DNA of 50,444 bases from Nemertoderma westbladi (Eukaryota > Animalia > Xenacoelomorpha): assembly GCA_032718475.1 (NCBI GenBank), contig JAUCBJ010000436.1:1-50444 (forward strand), written 5' to 3'. Made by a program: the position numbers and the translations under genes. This document shows positions 36,348 to 48,614 of the stretch, piece after piece. Below the pieces are notes generated by a model. It saw nothing but the letters and a program-made list of their open reading frames with translations, was not told the origin of the DNA and made no database searches. The first letter of the stretch is position 1. Each line of letters opens with the position of its first letter.

Positions 36348-37990
36348 CCCATGTAACACTGACCACTCTGCCACATGGATTACTGTATGGGTCAAATTTG
36401 ACCCCCCATATGCGTTACATTGGTAATATAGTCCACGACCAGAGGTGTTAAAATTATGTTGGCTGACCCACCCATGGTTTTGGGAGGCATTAGAGAATGC
36501 CTATCAATATTTAAAGAGTTGATACTGTTACTGTTACTGTATGTTTGTCTGTCTGTCATTATTTGTTTTACGAGCTGTCATTTGGTCAACTAACAGATTT
36601 TCACGAAATTTGCTACACATAAACTATACTATAGGAAACTTTGAAAAAGTTATTCCCGTTTGAGAAAATATTTATTTTTCATTTCCTAGGCCTAATATCT
36701 GGTTACGAACAGTATATAGTAGGCCTACCGATATCATCTTTCTACTCTTGGCAGTTCTGGCAAAATACTGACTTCACACATTGGATTGGACAAACAATTT
36801 TCGCTCATTTGTTACATTGATTGGATGATTTCCTATCAACAGAGTATGGTATGGGCACATATAACACCTCTTACGTTTCTTGCTGGGAGCAGATCCACCT
36901 GCTACATTGCTTCTTGGCTCTACTTCAGGGGATGGCGAGTACCGGTTTAGAATTTCCTTGGCAGCTCTTGGTATGTTGGTTATAATTGAACGTTGAACCA
37001 CATGTGACGTCATAAGTTGTTTCCCACAGTTCATAACAAATCGTCGTCATGACCATTTTTCATTTCGAACAGATGGGAACTTTATTCTGTAAATTATCAG
37101 ATCAGCTATAGTCATAAAATCAACACAGGTATAAAACAACTTTAGGGGCCACCGACGAGTACCTCTTCGTACAGTCATGTGAGAGACCATCATATCCATT
37201 GTGTCAATGCCACTCTTCTGATGGTTATAGTCCAAAATCATGACGAAATAAGGGTGACATAAGGGTGACAGACCTGTTCTTTTTTGGTACATATGATACA
37301 ATTGTCGAAGTTTGCTGGAATCCAAACACTGAAGATAGTTCTTCTCTATGAGCCAAAAACTCCTTCCGGTAACTCCGGCTTGTTTTTCCTCATTGTTCCG
37401 AGATAACTTATATTGTGTTGGCGCAATTCATTAACAATTTCAAGAGATGAAAAAAAGTTATCTGCGCAAACGTTCCTGCTGCTGTTGAGAATAGGTTGAA
37501 CTAGATCTAGTACTACCCATTTACTCTGGCCTACCTCGACTGGTGCACCTGGCAGTTTTCCCGTATAAACTTGCCCATTAAAAGGGTAAAACGTTTCGGC
37601 ATCGCATAAAAACCAAATTTTTATTCTATATTTTGCAGGCTTTGACTTCATATATTGCCTAAATGGACAATGGCCTCGGAATGGTGTCAACATTTCATTA
37701 ATGGTCATGTATGGCCCCGGTATATAGGAAGATCGCAGCTTGCTCATGATCATTTCCCACACTTCCCTGAATGGGGCCATTTTATCCGTTTCCCGTCGGA
37801 TTTCCCGATCAGTTTTGCTGTCAAATCGAATGCATCGTATTATTTCTAAAAAATGATCTCGGGACAATGTTGCACTGTATATAGGCCGACCCCAGTCACT
37901 ATTGTAGATTTCCCGCACTGAGAGCCTAGAGTCTTTTTGAGCACCCATTACAAGGAGCAATCCTATAGAAGCAAGCAGTTCACTTTTTTC
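36348..37990 (-). mobile_element. Decayed piggyBac transposon (PGBD4-like transposase)
   Basis: TTAA|CCC at 36344-36350 and GGGTCAAATTTGACCC nearby. Motifs PFRGHCPFRQYMKSKPAKY, ADNFFSS, GTMRKNK, YNHQKSGIDTMD, RRWP and a Cys-rich tail. The other terminus was not found. Confidence 0.85.
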
Positions 37991-39897
37991 AATAGGTGAA
38001 AGTTACAGGTGGAAGTAGGTGAGATAGGTGGAAGTTTCTGACAAAATATTCAACTCCCTTTATGATTTCTCCCAACAGTTGTGACTTAAAAGTTATTATC
38101 ATCAGGAATTTGGGAACTCGCAGTCTTAACCAGATTATTCAGGTCTCCAACTTTTAAGACATAGTTTAATATCAGCATCATTTAGTTTGTTCTATTAATT
38201 TTGAAATGATTTCACACCTGACTTCACTCTCAGTATTATTTGGACGGATCCAAGTTGTATGTCCTTATTTCTCACACGTGTTTGTTTGTGTGTGTGTGTG
38301 TGTGTGTTTGTACACACAACTTCTTGCACATAATATTGATGGGAGTGGATGAAACTTTGATGATAGGTTCATTATGTGGTTCATTATGTGTATGCAAGGT
38401 TTTGGTTGTGAGGAACTTGTTGGTTGCCTAGCAACAGTGAAATTAATTCTTGAGTGACCGATCATAATCGTAGAATTCAATCAATCAAAATTCTGTCGAC
38501 ACCCCATAGGGAGCATCTATTGGACATGCTTTCTGCAAAATTTCGCTTTATTTCATGTAGAATTGCAGAAGTTACATTTCCTACAAACAGTGTTTTTTTT
38601 AACATACAATAAACTATTGTGTACTTTCCCAATATTTCGAATTTCGTTATTAGGCTGCATATGCGTATAATTTATTATAACAATTATAGTTGTATTGTAC
38701 CGGTACTTTACCCAATGTTTCGTTTTTCGTTATTAGGCTGCCTTATGCCGGCTTGTAAATAGGGTTGGTGCGCGAAAAAATTGTTAGGCTAGAAACAATC
38801 GAATAAGGGGTAACAAGGTGCCCTGAATCGAGTGGCGGGGTGTGTATTTTGTAAAAGCACTTGGAAACGGTCGAAATGGCTTGAAAATCGGCTGTGATTG
38901 GCTGCTACATATTTGACGTCACTAAGCAGTGCTCAGATAATTTCTTATATTGGTTTCTATGGAGGGTGATTTTAGATTCATTTAAATACACATTTATTCT
39001 CAATTATTTCACACGTGGCTTATATCAATTGAAAGCGGGGAGTGTTGCGCGTGTTTTAACATTACAATCAATTACTTAAATTCATGATCATGAATGAACA
39101 TTGATAAAATACTGCTTGCAATTTTGCAAACTTGGTAGATTGCCTGACTGACTGTTAAAATGACCTAGGCAATTGTTTATATGAACTAGGTACGAAAGAT
39201 AGACCCGATTTTTTCGCGTTTTTCTTATGTAAATTATATTAGTACTACTTATGAAGAAAACGATGCTGTTATTATAGTTTTATATTTAGTATTTACTTAA
39301 GAAAGCACAATTTTTATTATAGGAAATTAGGGGAGTAATAAATTAGTGGACATATCACGTCATATTGGGAATTGGAGGGCATTTAGGTACATTTATATTT
39401 ACGTGGGCGCAGCGGTAACACATAGTAGACATAACAACAGAGGCATAGCATGTTGCCAAACTATGAAAATTATGACCTTTTGACAAAATACATGGTTTTT
39501 CCTTCTGATTACAACAAAAAAAACGGTGATTTTTTAACCACAAGTTTTCGAGATACACTACGTTTCCCAATGGCAACAAATGACAATATGTGACATACTT
39601 TCTAAAATTTGACAACATTTGAAAATTACAGATGTGTACAGAGTGTATTGCAAATTTTTGTAGAAATTTTCCCTTTCAAGCTCTAAAATGATTATATTGA
39701 CAAATAAGTTTGACTAATTGATGGATGGTTTGTTGTTGTTGCCATATGGCAACAATTTTAGAATTGTATAACTAGGGTTGTACTGTAGAAATTGACTAAT
39801 AAATATTTATGGAATCGTGTTTCAGAATAAAAAACGTTTTCACATTACTATTTTTATATTGAGGAGAGTAAAGAACATAGTAATTTGAATTATATTA

Positions 39898-40945
39898 TCA
39901 CACATGGAAAGATACAAAGCAGTTGTTCATCTCATTATAGCATAGATGCACATGGCATTTGGAGCACATTGTAGGGGTGAACCCTGATGTGCAGAGTTGA
40001 CATCTAGATTTGCGTGAGTGGATTGGCCAGTGGTCCAGTTTGTCGAATCGAGCATCACTTACTGGAACATATTCGGTTATTCTACAAGGTTTGACATCTG
40101 GAACTTTGACTTGATGAACGAAAGATGGCTGACCAAGGCGCTCACGAGATGGCTGATTGGCAGAGAGTAAGGCGTCATTCACACTCCTCTTGACTCACTC
40201 GTCATTTTTCAATGTCGTATTAATTTTCTCCCAAATTAGGCATTGATTACGACGTTAAAGTAACCAGCCATTAGAACAGGCGAGATCTAAGAAATGGTCA
40301 AATATACACATATAATAAAGGCTTGACTTTCTTTATGAAGACCATATGTAGGGCAACCAACATATCCGACAAATCAACACTCCCCATGTGCTTATTATAT
40401 GCATTTATGATTGCAGGGCAGAATAATATAGTCTCCTTTATCTTTGTGACCCGATTATACCTCTGACAAGTGTTAGATGGTTCAAACCCAACAAATGTAC
40501 TAGCCAAGGTAACCAACCACTTTGTTATCATTCCAAGCGATCACTTGTTCCTCCGGTCTATCAAATGATCTGTAAACCCACGTGGTTGTTTAGCAATGCA
40601 GTTGCTTGGCATTATTACACAATCTTAAAAACGCGATTCCTATTAATAGTTCCAACAGAATGAATCTTTTTATAGTCTTTCAAGTAGACCATTATAGATC
40701 CAAGCTGGTGAAATAGTGATCCTAGAAAAGTTCAGCATGAATGCCTGAAGGCAATGACTGGCACAATCTGACTACAGTCTTACCCCGAAACCAAACTTAT
40801 TTTCAATGTCCAAAAAGGTTGCACTACCATTCTCAAATGTTGTTGCACCACAGTACAGAAAGAAATCGTACACAATAATGCCACTAACACCATGCCACAA
40901 TGAACATAAAACTTGAATCCCCATGGATGAGGTTTTAACTTAACA
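39898..40945 (-). pseudogene. Second decayed piggyBac-like transposase (PGBD2/3-like)
   Basis: KPHPWGFK, CPAIINAYNKHMGSVDLSD and RFDKLDHWP..RCQLC..CSKCHVHLC..NCFVSFH. Confidence 0.85.
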
Positions 40946-41219
40946 TGTTGAATTGTCATTGAAATGCAAATAGCATCTGATTGCTTGGAATCGCTTCAAT
41001 GACATTGTCAGCAACTGTACTAATCGCAATAAGGTTAGTCCTTATAATCCTTATTATTGGTCATTACAACAAGGCTCATGATATATTGGGTAGCTATGAA
41101 GTCTTTCAATTCTTAATTCTTCTATGGATAGATGCAGAGGATACTGTGTTTCGTGCATATGGTATAAATTTGTCTGGAAACAGATAAGTTCGAGAACTTC
41201 ATCAGTTATAAATTTATTA

Positions 41220-42430
41220 TAGAATCATAGAACTTGAATGTGCAGCAGAAACATGGGCAGTTGATAAATGCAGGATGAAACTAGATGGCATACCTCACTT
41301 CACAGTTTTATGGATTACTTACCATTGTTGCCAATTCTGAATACAAGACGTCTATATCAATCGATAACATACGGTTATTAAAAATGAGAACAAAACTCAA
41401 CCGTTATATGTTCACAGCCAAACATATTCCAGGTAAAGTTCACCTTGCCCTAGATGCATTATATAGACTCAAACTTCATGAAGCAAAATATGAAGACAAT
41501 GTAATAGATTGTGATGATGAAACTGATAGGCACTATGAAGCCATTGATGTAATCTACATGATGAATATCCTGCAACAAAATGTTGACTATCGTCTCAAAC
41601 AAATACTAACAGCCCAGCACAATGATATCACGTACAAACAGCTCCAGCAACAAATTCGAGATGGGTTTCCAGAACATAAGCTTAACCTGGAGATATCAAT
41701 GCAACCATATTGGAGCGCAAGGGCAGATCTATGTTTAGACAGTACAGGGTTAATATTAAAAGGTCACCAAGTAGTTATACCAAAAAATTAATAAAGAAAA
41801 GTGATGGAACAACTCCATGCTGCACACAATGGTTGGACAAAGAAAACTGAAAGGGCAGCAGCATCAGTTTGGTGGTCAAATATGAGAACATACAACATGA
41901 CTTATTACAGTATATTGAAAACTGCTACTATGCAGAATTGCGCCTGTGACAATGCAAAGAACCACAAAAACACCATAACCCGGCAACAAAACCCATGGGG
42001 ATAATGCATGGTGACATTGGTAGCCACGGCGGAAAGAAATTTTTGATCACAACAGATGAGTATTCAGGTTGGATCTCTGTGTATGAATGTGGAACAAACA
42101 CCACTACGAAAGCAATATGTAGAAAACTTACAAATGGGTTTTGTGATTATGGTGCACCCAAAACCTTTTGCTCCAATGGAGGCCCACCATTTAATAGCAG
42201 AGTGCTCAGCAAATGTCTAAAATCAAGGGGTGTAGGTGTAGAGCACGATATTTCCTCACCACACCTCCCACAAACAAATGGTCGCGCTGAAAACGCAGTA
42301 AAACAAGCCAAAAAACTCATTAAATGTTGTTGGGATGAAATTACTGGAAGCATAGATATGGATGGTTTTGCGAAGGGTCTACTTGCTATCCGAAATTCAA
42401 ATTGGGCTGCAGGAGAGTCACCAGCTGTTG
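41220..42430 (+). pseudogene. Ty3/Gypsy pol remnant (RNase H end, connection, integrase)
   Basis: IELECAA..WAV, HIPGK..DAL, LHAAHNG, TDEYSGW, SNGGPPF and SSPHLPQTNGRAENAVK. No LTRs seen. Confidence 0.85.
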
Positions 42431-42696
42431 ATTCCCTTATTCGATTGTTTCTAGCCCAACAATTTTTTTGCGCACTAACCCTATTTAGTAGAACAATAAT
42501 AATTGTATTGTACAGACGGTACTTTGCCAAATGTTTCGTTTTTCGTTATTAGGCTGCCCTGCATAGATGTGTAAATTATTACAACAATATTGATAGCAAT
42601 GTATCCATCCATCCATTATTGCCAGCTCTTGCTGGCAAGCTTGTTTTTATTATGAATACATTGAATTGTTTAGAGTGTAAAGCACCTTATGTGTGA

Positions 42697-42753
42697 AAAT
42701 ATACCATAACTCACACTTCTAGGATTCCTAAAAGTGTGAGTTATGGTATATTT
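42697..42753. repeat. Short near-perfect hairpin
   Basis: AAATATACCATAACTCACACTT-CTAGGATTCCTAA-AAGTGTGAGTTATGGTATATTT. Confidence 0.85.
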
Positions 42754-42840
42754 CTACCAAATTCCTAGACTAGGAATTTGGTTCTGAAGCATTTCTCTAT
42801 TCCAACTACTGTACATCGACCATTGCATACAGTTCCTATG

Positions 42841-42910
42841 CCTACTACTAACTACTACTAGATCAAGTAAGCTTGACAGTGGAAATTAGATCCTTCCAGG
42901 CATCCCATTT
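42841..42910 (-). repeat. Very short 3'-end fragment of an RTE-like LINE related to 32800-33818
   Basis: The reverse complement resembles GCCTGGAAGGATCT.ATTTCCACTGTC followed by a (TAG)n tail. Confidence 0.65.
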
Positions 42911-43669
42911 CTCGTTATTGTGATTGCAATGAGCCATAAATCAACTTCATGGTTCCATTGAAATTGGTCCAACTTCAATTTGGTTCACATATTAATTTGG
43001 TTCTCATATAAGTTAAGTACAGTATAATTGATTGTGTATTGTGATTCTTCATATGGAAGTAATTGTTGGAAAGAAATTAAAAATTAGAATTATACATGAC
43101 AAAATTGGGGGGGGGGGGGGGGGGGGGGATTTCACAACAGGGGGGGGGGGGGGGGGCACTGGATTTGATTTTTTTCTAAGTGCCTAAAACCCTTGTTTAA
43201 TGGGGAAACACTTTGAATTTTTCGGTCAAATTTGTCAGAAACACATGCCTCGGTGGAAAATACTAGTAAATAGTAAAAAAAATAATTGTTTTCTAAAAAT
43301 AATTAATTACTAATTTTGATGAATAACTGTATGTATAACACAATATAAGATAACCACTATATAACAATCAATGATCAAGTAGGCTACAGAGAGTAAAAAC
43401 TAAAACCTAAAGGCCTATTACAATATTATCAGTATTAGACTGACAGTGCCCCCCTCTCATGTGAAAGAGCTAAATCGGGACTTTTGTCATGGCCAGAGGC
43501 AGGGTAAGATATTATTTCCTTTTCTCACATCTAACTTTTTCACTAATTTTCCATAAAATTGTTTTATTGTGTCCTTGTGTGTTGAGTTTTCCGCTCATGG
43601 CATTCTAGCACCATATACAATATAATATTCGAGGTGGAACACTATAGACATACAAACACAGTATATAAG

Positions 43670-44980
43670 ATGTCAGAGGAAGCAGCCACCATAACCTCAA
43701 GTTCAATGAATAAAAGTAGTGCAAATCAAAATGGACATCGAAAGGGAGGGAGACTTTATATGTTAGTGGCCATGTTGCTGATGTATCAAATGATACCAGG
43801 TTGGTGTCACAATCTATTGGAGACCTTCTTCCCAATAGTTGTGGAAGACCGGGATTGGTCGAAGACTTTGATCGGTATATTACTGTCTATATTTGCTGCT
43901 GTCAGACTTGTAATCTACATTACTTGCCCTCACTCTATTAGTAATTGGGGAACTCATATCTCTTTGGGTCTATTCGGTATCATTGGGGCAGTTTCCCAGT
44001 TAGCTTTTGGGTTTGTCAAATATATCCCAAATAATAATAATGGTTTATATATATTCGCTTGTTTTTCGTTGCGAATTATCGAAGCAGTTGGACTCAACAT
44101 CAGTTTTATGTATTCATTCAGTCTATTGATGGAATTGTGGCCTACAAAAAGAACATTATTAGCTAGTCTAGCAGTTGTTAGTAGCAACACAGGATACATG
44201 CTTGCACCAGTTTTTGGATCCTCGGTTTTTGCTACACTTGGGTTTGAATTCCCTTTTATAATATCGGGTTTGATATTTCTCATTATTGTCCTTTACTGCT
44301 GGATAGAGTCACCAGCTTATCTTCATGACAGGTGTAAATCTAATGAAGTCAGACCAACTTATATTGGTTTTCTGAAGAATCCAGCAATAACACTTATATT
44401 TATTTTGAATGTATATTACAGCTTACTTTTATCATTTACCGCTGCGAATTATGCTGCATACCTCTTTCATGACTACAATGTGAACCAGTACAATATTGGT
44501 CAGATTTATATGATATTGCCGGTTGTTCAAACTTCAACTGGCCTATTAATGACGTTAATGATGAAGAAATTGAAGCATACCGTCATACCAACAACAGTAG
44601 GGGTAATTTTACGTTCAATATCAATGCAACTAATAGGCCCTACAGAACTACTTGGGTTACCTCATAATATCTCAATCTCTATCACTGGATGCGCTCTACT
44701 TGGATTCGGATCTGGATTATACTTGAGCCCTGCAATAGAAACCCAAACACGACTGTCTGTGAATGTTTGTGGTTATCCTGATAATGTTGACACTAGATCT
44801 CTTCTCCAACAAATGTTTAGAATAGCAACATCTATCGGAGTTATTATAGGTCCTATTTTTGGTGGATTTCTCAACGATTACTTTGGAGTGCAAACAGCAA
44901 GTTCGCTTCTAAGCCTGTTGGGGTTGCCTTTTATTATATTTTTGGTAGTTGTGTTTGCTTTTAGATTTCGTATTGGTTAG
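43670..44980 (+). CDS. Major facilitator superfamily transporter, SLC18B1-like, single exon (about 436 aa from the first ATG)
   Basis: Uninterrupted ORF with about 12 hydrophobic segments. Motifs FFP, LRIIEAVG, GYMLAPVFGSSVFATLGFEFPF, LIGP and GVIIGPIFGGFLNDYFG. Confidence 0.85.
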   Translation: MSEEAATITSSSMNKSSANQNGHRKGGRLYMLVAMLLMYQMIPGWCHNLLETFFPIVVEDRDWSKTLIGILLSIFAAVRLVIYITCPHSISNWGTHISLGLFGIIGAVSQLAFGFVKYIPNNNNGLYIFACFSLRIIEAVGLNISFMYSFSLLMELWPTKRTLLASLAVVSSNTGYMLAPVFGSSVFATLGFEFPFIISGLIFLIIVLYCWIESPAYLHDRCKSNEVRPTYIGFLKNPAITLIFILNVYYSLLLSFTAANYAAYLFHDYNVNQYNIGQIYMILPVVQTSTGLLMTLMMKKLKHTVIPTTVGVILRSISMQLIGPTELLGLPHNISISITGCALLGFGSGLYLSPAIETQTRLSVNVCGYPDNVDTRSLLQQMFRIATSIGVIIGPIFGGFLNDYFGVQTASSLLSLLGLPFIIFLVVVFAFRFRIG

Positions 44981-45156
44981 GTTAATCGAAACTCACCCAT
45001 CTTGGTGGGAGATGTTTTATTTGTTTTATTGCTGTCCAGGCATACTTACTTCAGAGCGAACTATTCTGTTTGCCTTATTGACTGTTTTAGCACTGGTAAT
45101 TGTTATTCCACTGTTTATTAATGTTAACCATTAACTTGGTGGTTACAACTAAATAA

Positions 45157-46733
45157 TTCTTCTGATTATCATAAATTTATGATTAAATTATGTATTAAGT
45201 ATAAAAATTTACTTTACAGTAGTTTGTAAGCAAAGGGGATGAAAGGGAGGAAGAAGGGGGGAAATATGTGTTTAAGTTTATAGAAAATACGCTTTGGGTT
45301 TAGTCTAACACTTTCTACGCTGTCAATATTCTCAAGTATAATCCTTAAGAAGCCACCAACCACATGACTGTTATTGGCTGGCGGCCATGTCTGTTATGGC
45401 CATGATGTTGCCCTAGCAAAAGGGTATGGACATTGGATAGGCTGAGGCAAATGACCAGCTCTTGTATTTATCCCTCCTTGTTAGCATTCAGGTGTTTAGA
45501 ACATTAACTGCAAGGGAGTGGATTACTCACCACCCAATGTAACCATGTGGTTAAATTTTAAGAATATGGGCTGTTATGTGGAAACTGTCATACCGCATAA
45601 AAGAGGGTATGGAGGTAAGAGGGTATTATAAAATTTTCTTGATCAGCTCTATAACATAATAAGTTCGGATACAGTATGAACAATTTATCAAGGGTTTCTG
45701 TAACGCTGAATCGAATGGGAATACTTTAAACATAAATTGAACTGGTCTGCTATTTTAGATGGATCACAATTTGGTGCAGTCCGGAACCCAGATTTGATCA
45801 ATTCTATATGATAACTACCGCACCACTACATAAACATTTGACAATCTGGCCTTTGTAAAGGTCAGATTGTATTACTCAGATTGTAAAGGGACTCAAGTAA
45901 TTGTTGCCCCCCTCTTTTCAACGTAGTATCTGAGATTCAGTAATATGGCCTAATAATATAAAAGCATCTCATGAGTTATATAATGTACTTCCACACACAG
46001 ATCATTATTTTACTTTTAGCTTAGATGAGAAACCTGGTTTTGAGTGTTAACAAAATCTTACAGCAATTTGGGTTACATCAATTTGTAAATCATTACCAAC
46101 GGTACCCAAACAAAATTTAACGAAATCATGATTTAGCTTCAAGGCGGCAAATATCCTAAACAAAAATGATAATAAACATTTATGAAATACACAATAATTA
46201 TTCATAGCATATGGTAGTTCTAGGTTTAGGCCTACACTATAGGTTTCCTATATTGTATCTGCACAATTTGATAATAATATCATTCATTATTAGTTCAATA
46301 AGTGAATTCAGTAAATAGAGACCATATGGAAATCAACATCTAGGGATATATATATATACAATGCCATAACATTGTAAGTTTCATGTAATTTTTTTAAACC
46401 ATCTTTTTGGATTCATAAGCTAATTTCACGGAGGAAAAAGGAGAACTTTTTAAACTTTTCTCAATGGAGCTTAGCTTATCTTCCAAGTCCCATGTTATTA
46501 TCGGGTCGGCAAAAGGTGAAAAAATGTTATAATTTTTTGTTCATATAAAATATGTATGAATTTCTTAAATTTATAACTTTTCGTTTCTTGAATCTACCAT
46601 GTAAAATATAAATAAACAATGTTACAAATTAATTTGAGCTCTGCAGTATTTACTCATAATAAAAAATGATATTATTATATAGGATTTGCGAACAAATATT
46701 ACCATAGAAATTCATTTGGAGATATCGTTTAAC
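45157..46733 (+). repeat. About 1.6 kb diverged direct duplication, copy 2
   Basis: Collinear with 33819-35515, with indels. Confidence 0.9.
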
Positions 46734-47954
46734 GAGACAGGGGGGGGGGGGGGGGGGTTGGGGTGGGGACTGGACGCAAATCCCATCTAGGAACACTAAT
46801 ATCTCGCCTCTAAATTCTCAATTTAGGGAAAGGAGCAGGTTACAGTGACACGTCAATTTAAGTAGGGTTGTATACTAATTCTGGAAGGGTTTGAAAAAGC
46901 TTCATATTCACAATAAAAACTTAACACTTGATGCTAGCAAAACTATACATGGAGTAAAGGGCAATAAAATGGGCTTTCAATTTCTGTAGTAAAAATCTCA
47001 AAATACTCGTTTCTGATTGGCTGATAGCAAAAAAATGTCAATTCTCATTGGTTAGTCGTCTAAAACACTACTCCTCATTCAATCTTTGGTGGAATTTGCT
47101 GAAACTTGCTGAGAACATTCATGAGGTATGTTGCCACAAAACTCTTTGACAGAATTTCAAATATCACAAAAATGTAATTTTTAGGGTACTTTTTGTAATT
47201 CAAAATTTAGAAAATTGACTTTTTTCATACATGTGACTACATTTTTGGTATAAAAAAATTTTTTGGTTATATTCTTATTGAGTTTATGAGCAGAACCAAA
47301 AAAAAAAGACAGAATCAAAATACATTCAGAAATGGTGGAGGAGTAACATTTTTAAAAATTGAGAAAATCCCAAAATCAATAAAATAATATGGGCCAGTAA
47401 AATGCATTTTAAAGTTTTTAAACCTTTCCACGCAAAATTGTCTATCTGACTGTGTAATAATTAAATGTTAAATTAATTAAATAAATAAAATTAAATAATT
47501 AATGTGTAATTTATGCCTCTTAATAACAATTAAAGAGGCAAACAGCTGGAATTTTCGCTTGGGGGTTTTTTGAGGTGGTGATTTCATTTCAGATATTAGT
47601 TTTCATGTTATTATCTGCCTGTCAGACAGACTTAGTAAAATTGACTTGGGAGATTAAATTACCGAATTAAATTACAGTAAACAGGAATAAAACAAAAGTG
47701 TTACTGGATGGGGTGCTTTCTTAGACTTTGACAGACAAACTGATATTGCTTTATCAAATTTTGATTAGATAGACTGACAGACAGATATAAAATCAGCCAT
47801 AACTAGAGAAGTAGATTAGATCACGCCAAGCCGTTTTCAGATTTGAAATCCTCATTAAATTTCTGCTTTAGATGAAATAAAAATAAAAAAATCCAAAATT
47901 TTGACCAAAATTAGTATACCTTAAATAAAACAATAAACTAAACTAAACAGAATA

Positions 47955-48590
47955 TAATAATAATAATAATATATATTTGTATACCGCCTTTCTGGGCTTA
48001 TTTCAAGGCGCTTGGAACAGGAACACAATACGTATTTAAGTACATAATTCAAAACAGAACAATCAATTTAAATAAAAACCTGATTTAAAATGGATCATCA
48101 ACATTCCAGTAGTTAAAAAATGTGCTCTGTTGGTTCTGTTTATTGGCAATACTCGTCTTTAAAATAGTGAGTCTTTAATCTTGACTTAAATATCTCAAAA
48201 GAAGGTGCAGATGTAACTTAGTGAGGGAGTGAGTTCCAGATGCATGGAGCCGCATTGGAGAATGTGCGCTTTCCATATGACTCGAGGCAGAATCTAGGAA
48301 CGACGACGAGATCGCCTCCACTAGAGCATAGTTCGCGGGTCATCACGTATCTTTGAATTAGGTTGCGTAAATAAGTCAGTGCACAATCATGTAGGCATTT
48401 GTAAGCCAGCAAGCAGAGCAATCTTAAAATCTATTCGGCGGGTGACGGGAAGCCAGTGCAGGGCTTTTAGTATGGTGAAAGGATGCTTCCTTAATGGTTG
48501 TAGAAATCTGCTTGACAAAAAGTCTTGTGTGAATCGAATATGAATCCAATGTTATGGGCATGGTTACTGCATTCGACTGTATCGTTACAT
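47955..48590 (-). mobile_element. L2-clade LINE 3' fragment
   Basis: LHWLPV..RIDFKI, LAYKCLH, RTFSNAAPCIWNSLP and FKSRLKTH. The 3' tail reads AAGCGCCTTGA..GGCGGTATACAAAT(ATT)n. Confidence 0.85.
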
Positions 48591-48614
48591 ATACACCTCA
48601 GATAGATATCTGAG

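Larger units (their letters stand above)
38756..42487. repeat. 54-bp inverted repeat pair bracketing piggyBac and Gypsy remnants
   Basis: TAAATAGGGTTGGTGCGCGAAAAAATTGTTAGGCTAGAAACAATCGAATAAGGG (38756-38809) is mirrored at 42434-42487 with about 3 mismatches. Confidence 0.75.

Noticed and set aside
44949-45134. Hydrophobic 61-aa ORF overlapping the MFS stop
   Set aside because: It is short, starts at a non-ATG codon and has T-rich 3' UTR-like composition.
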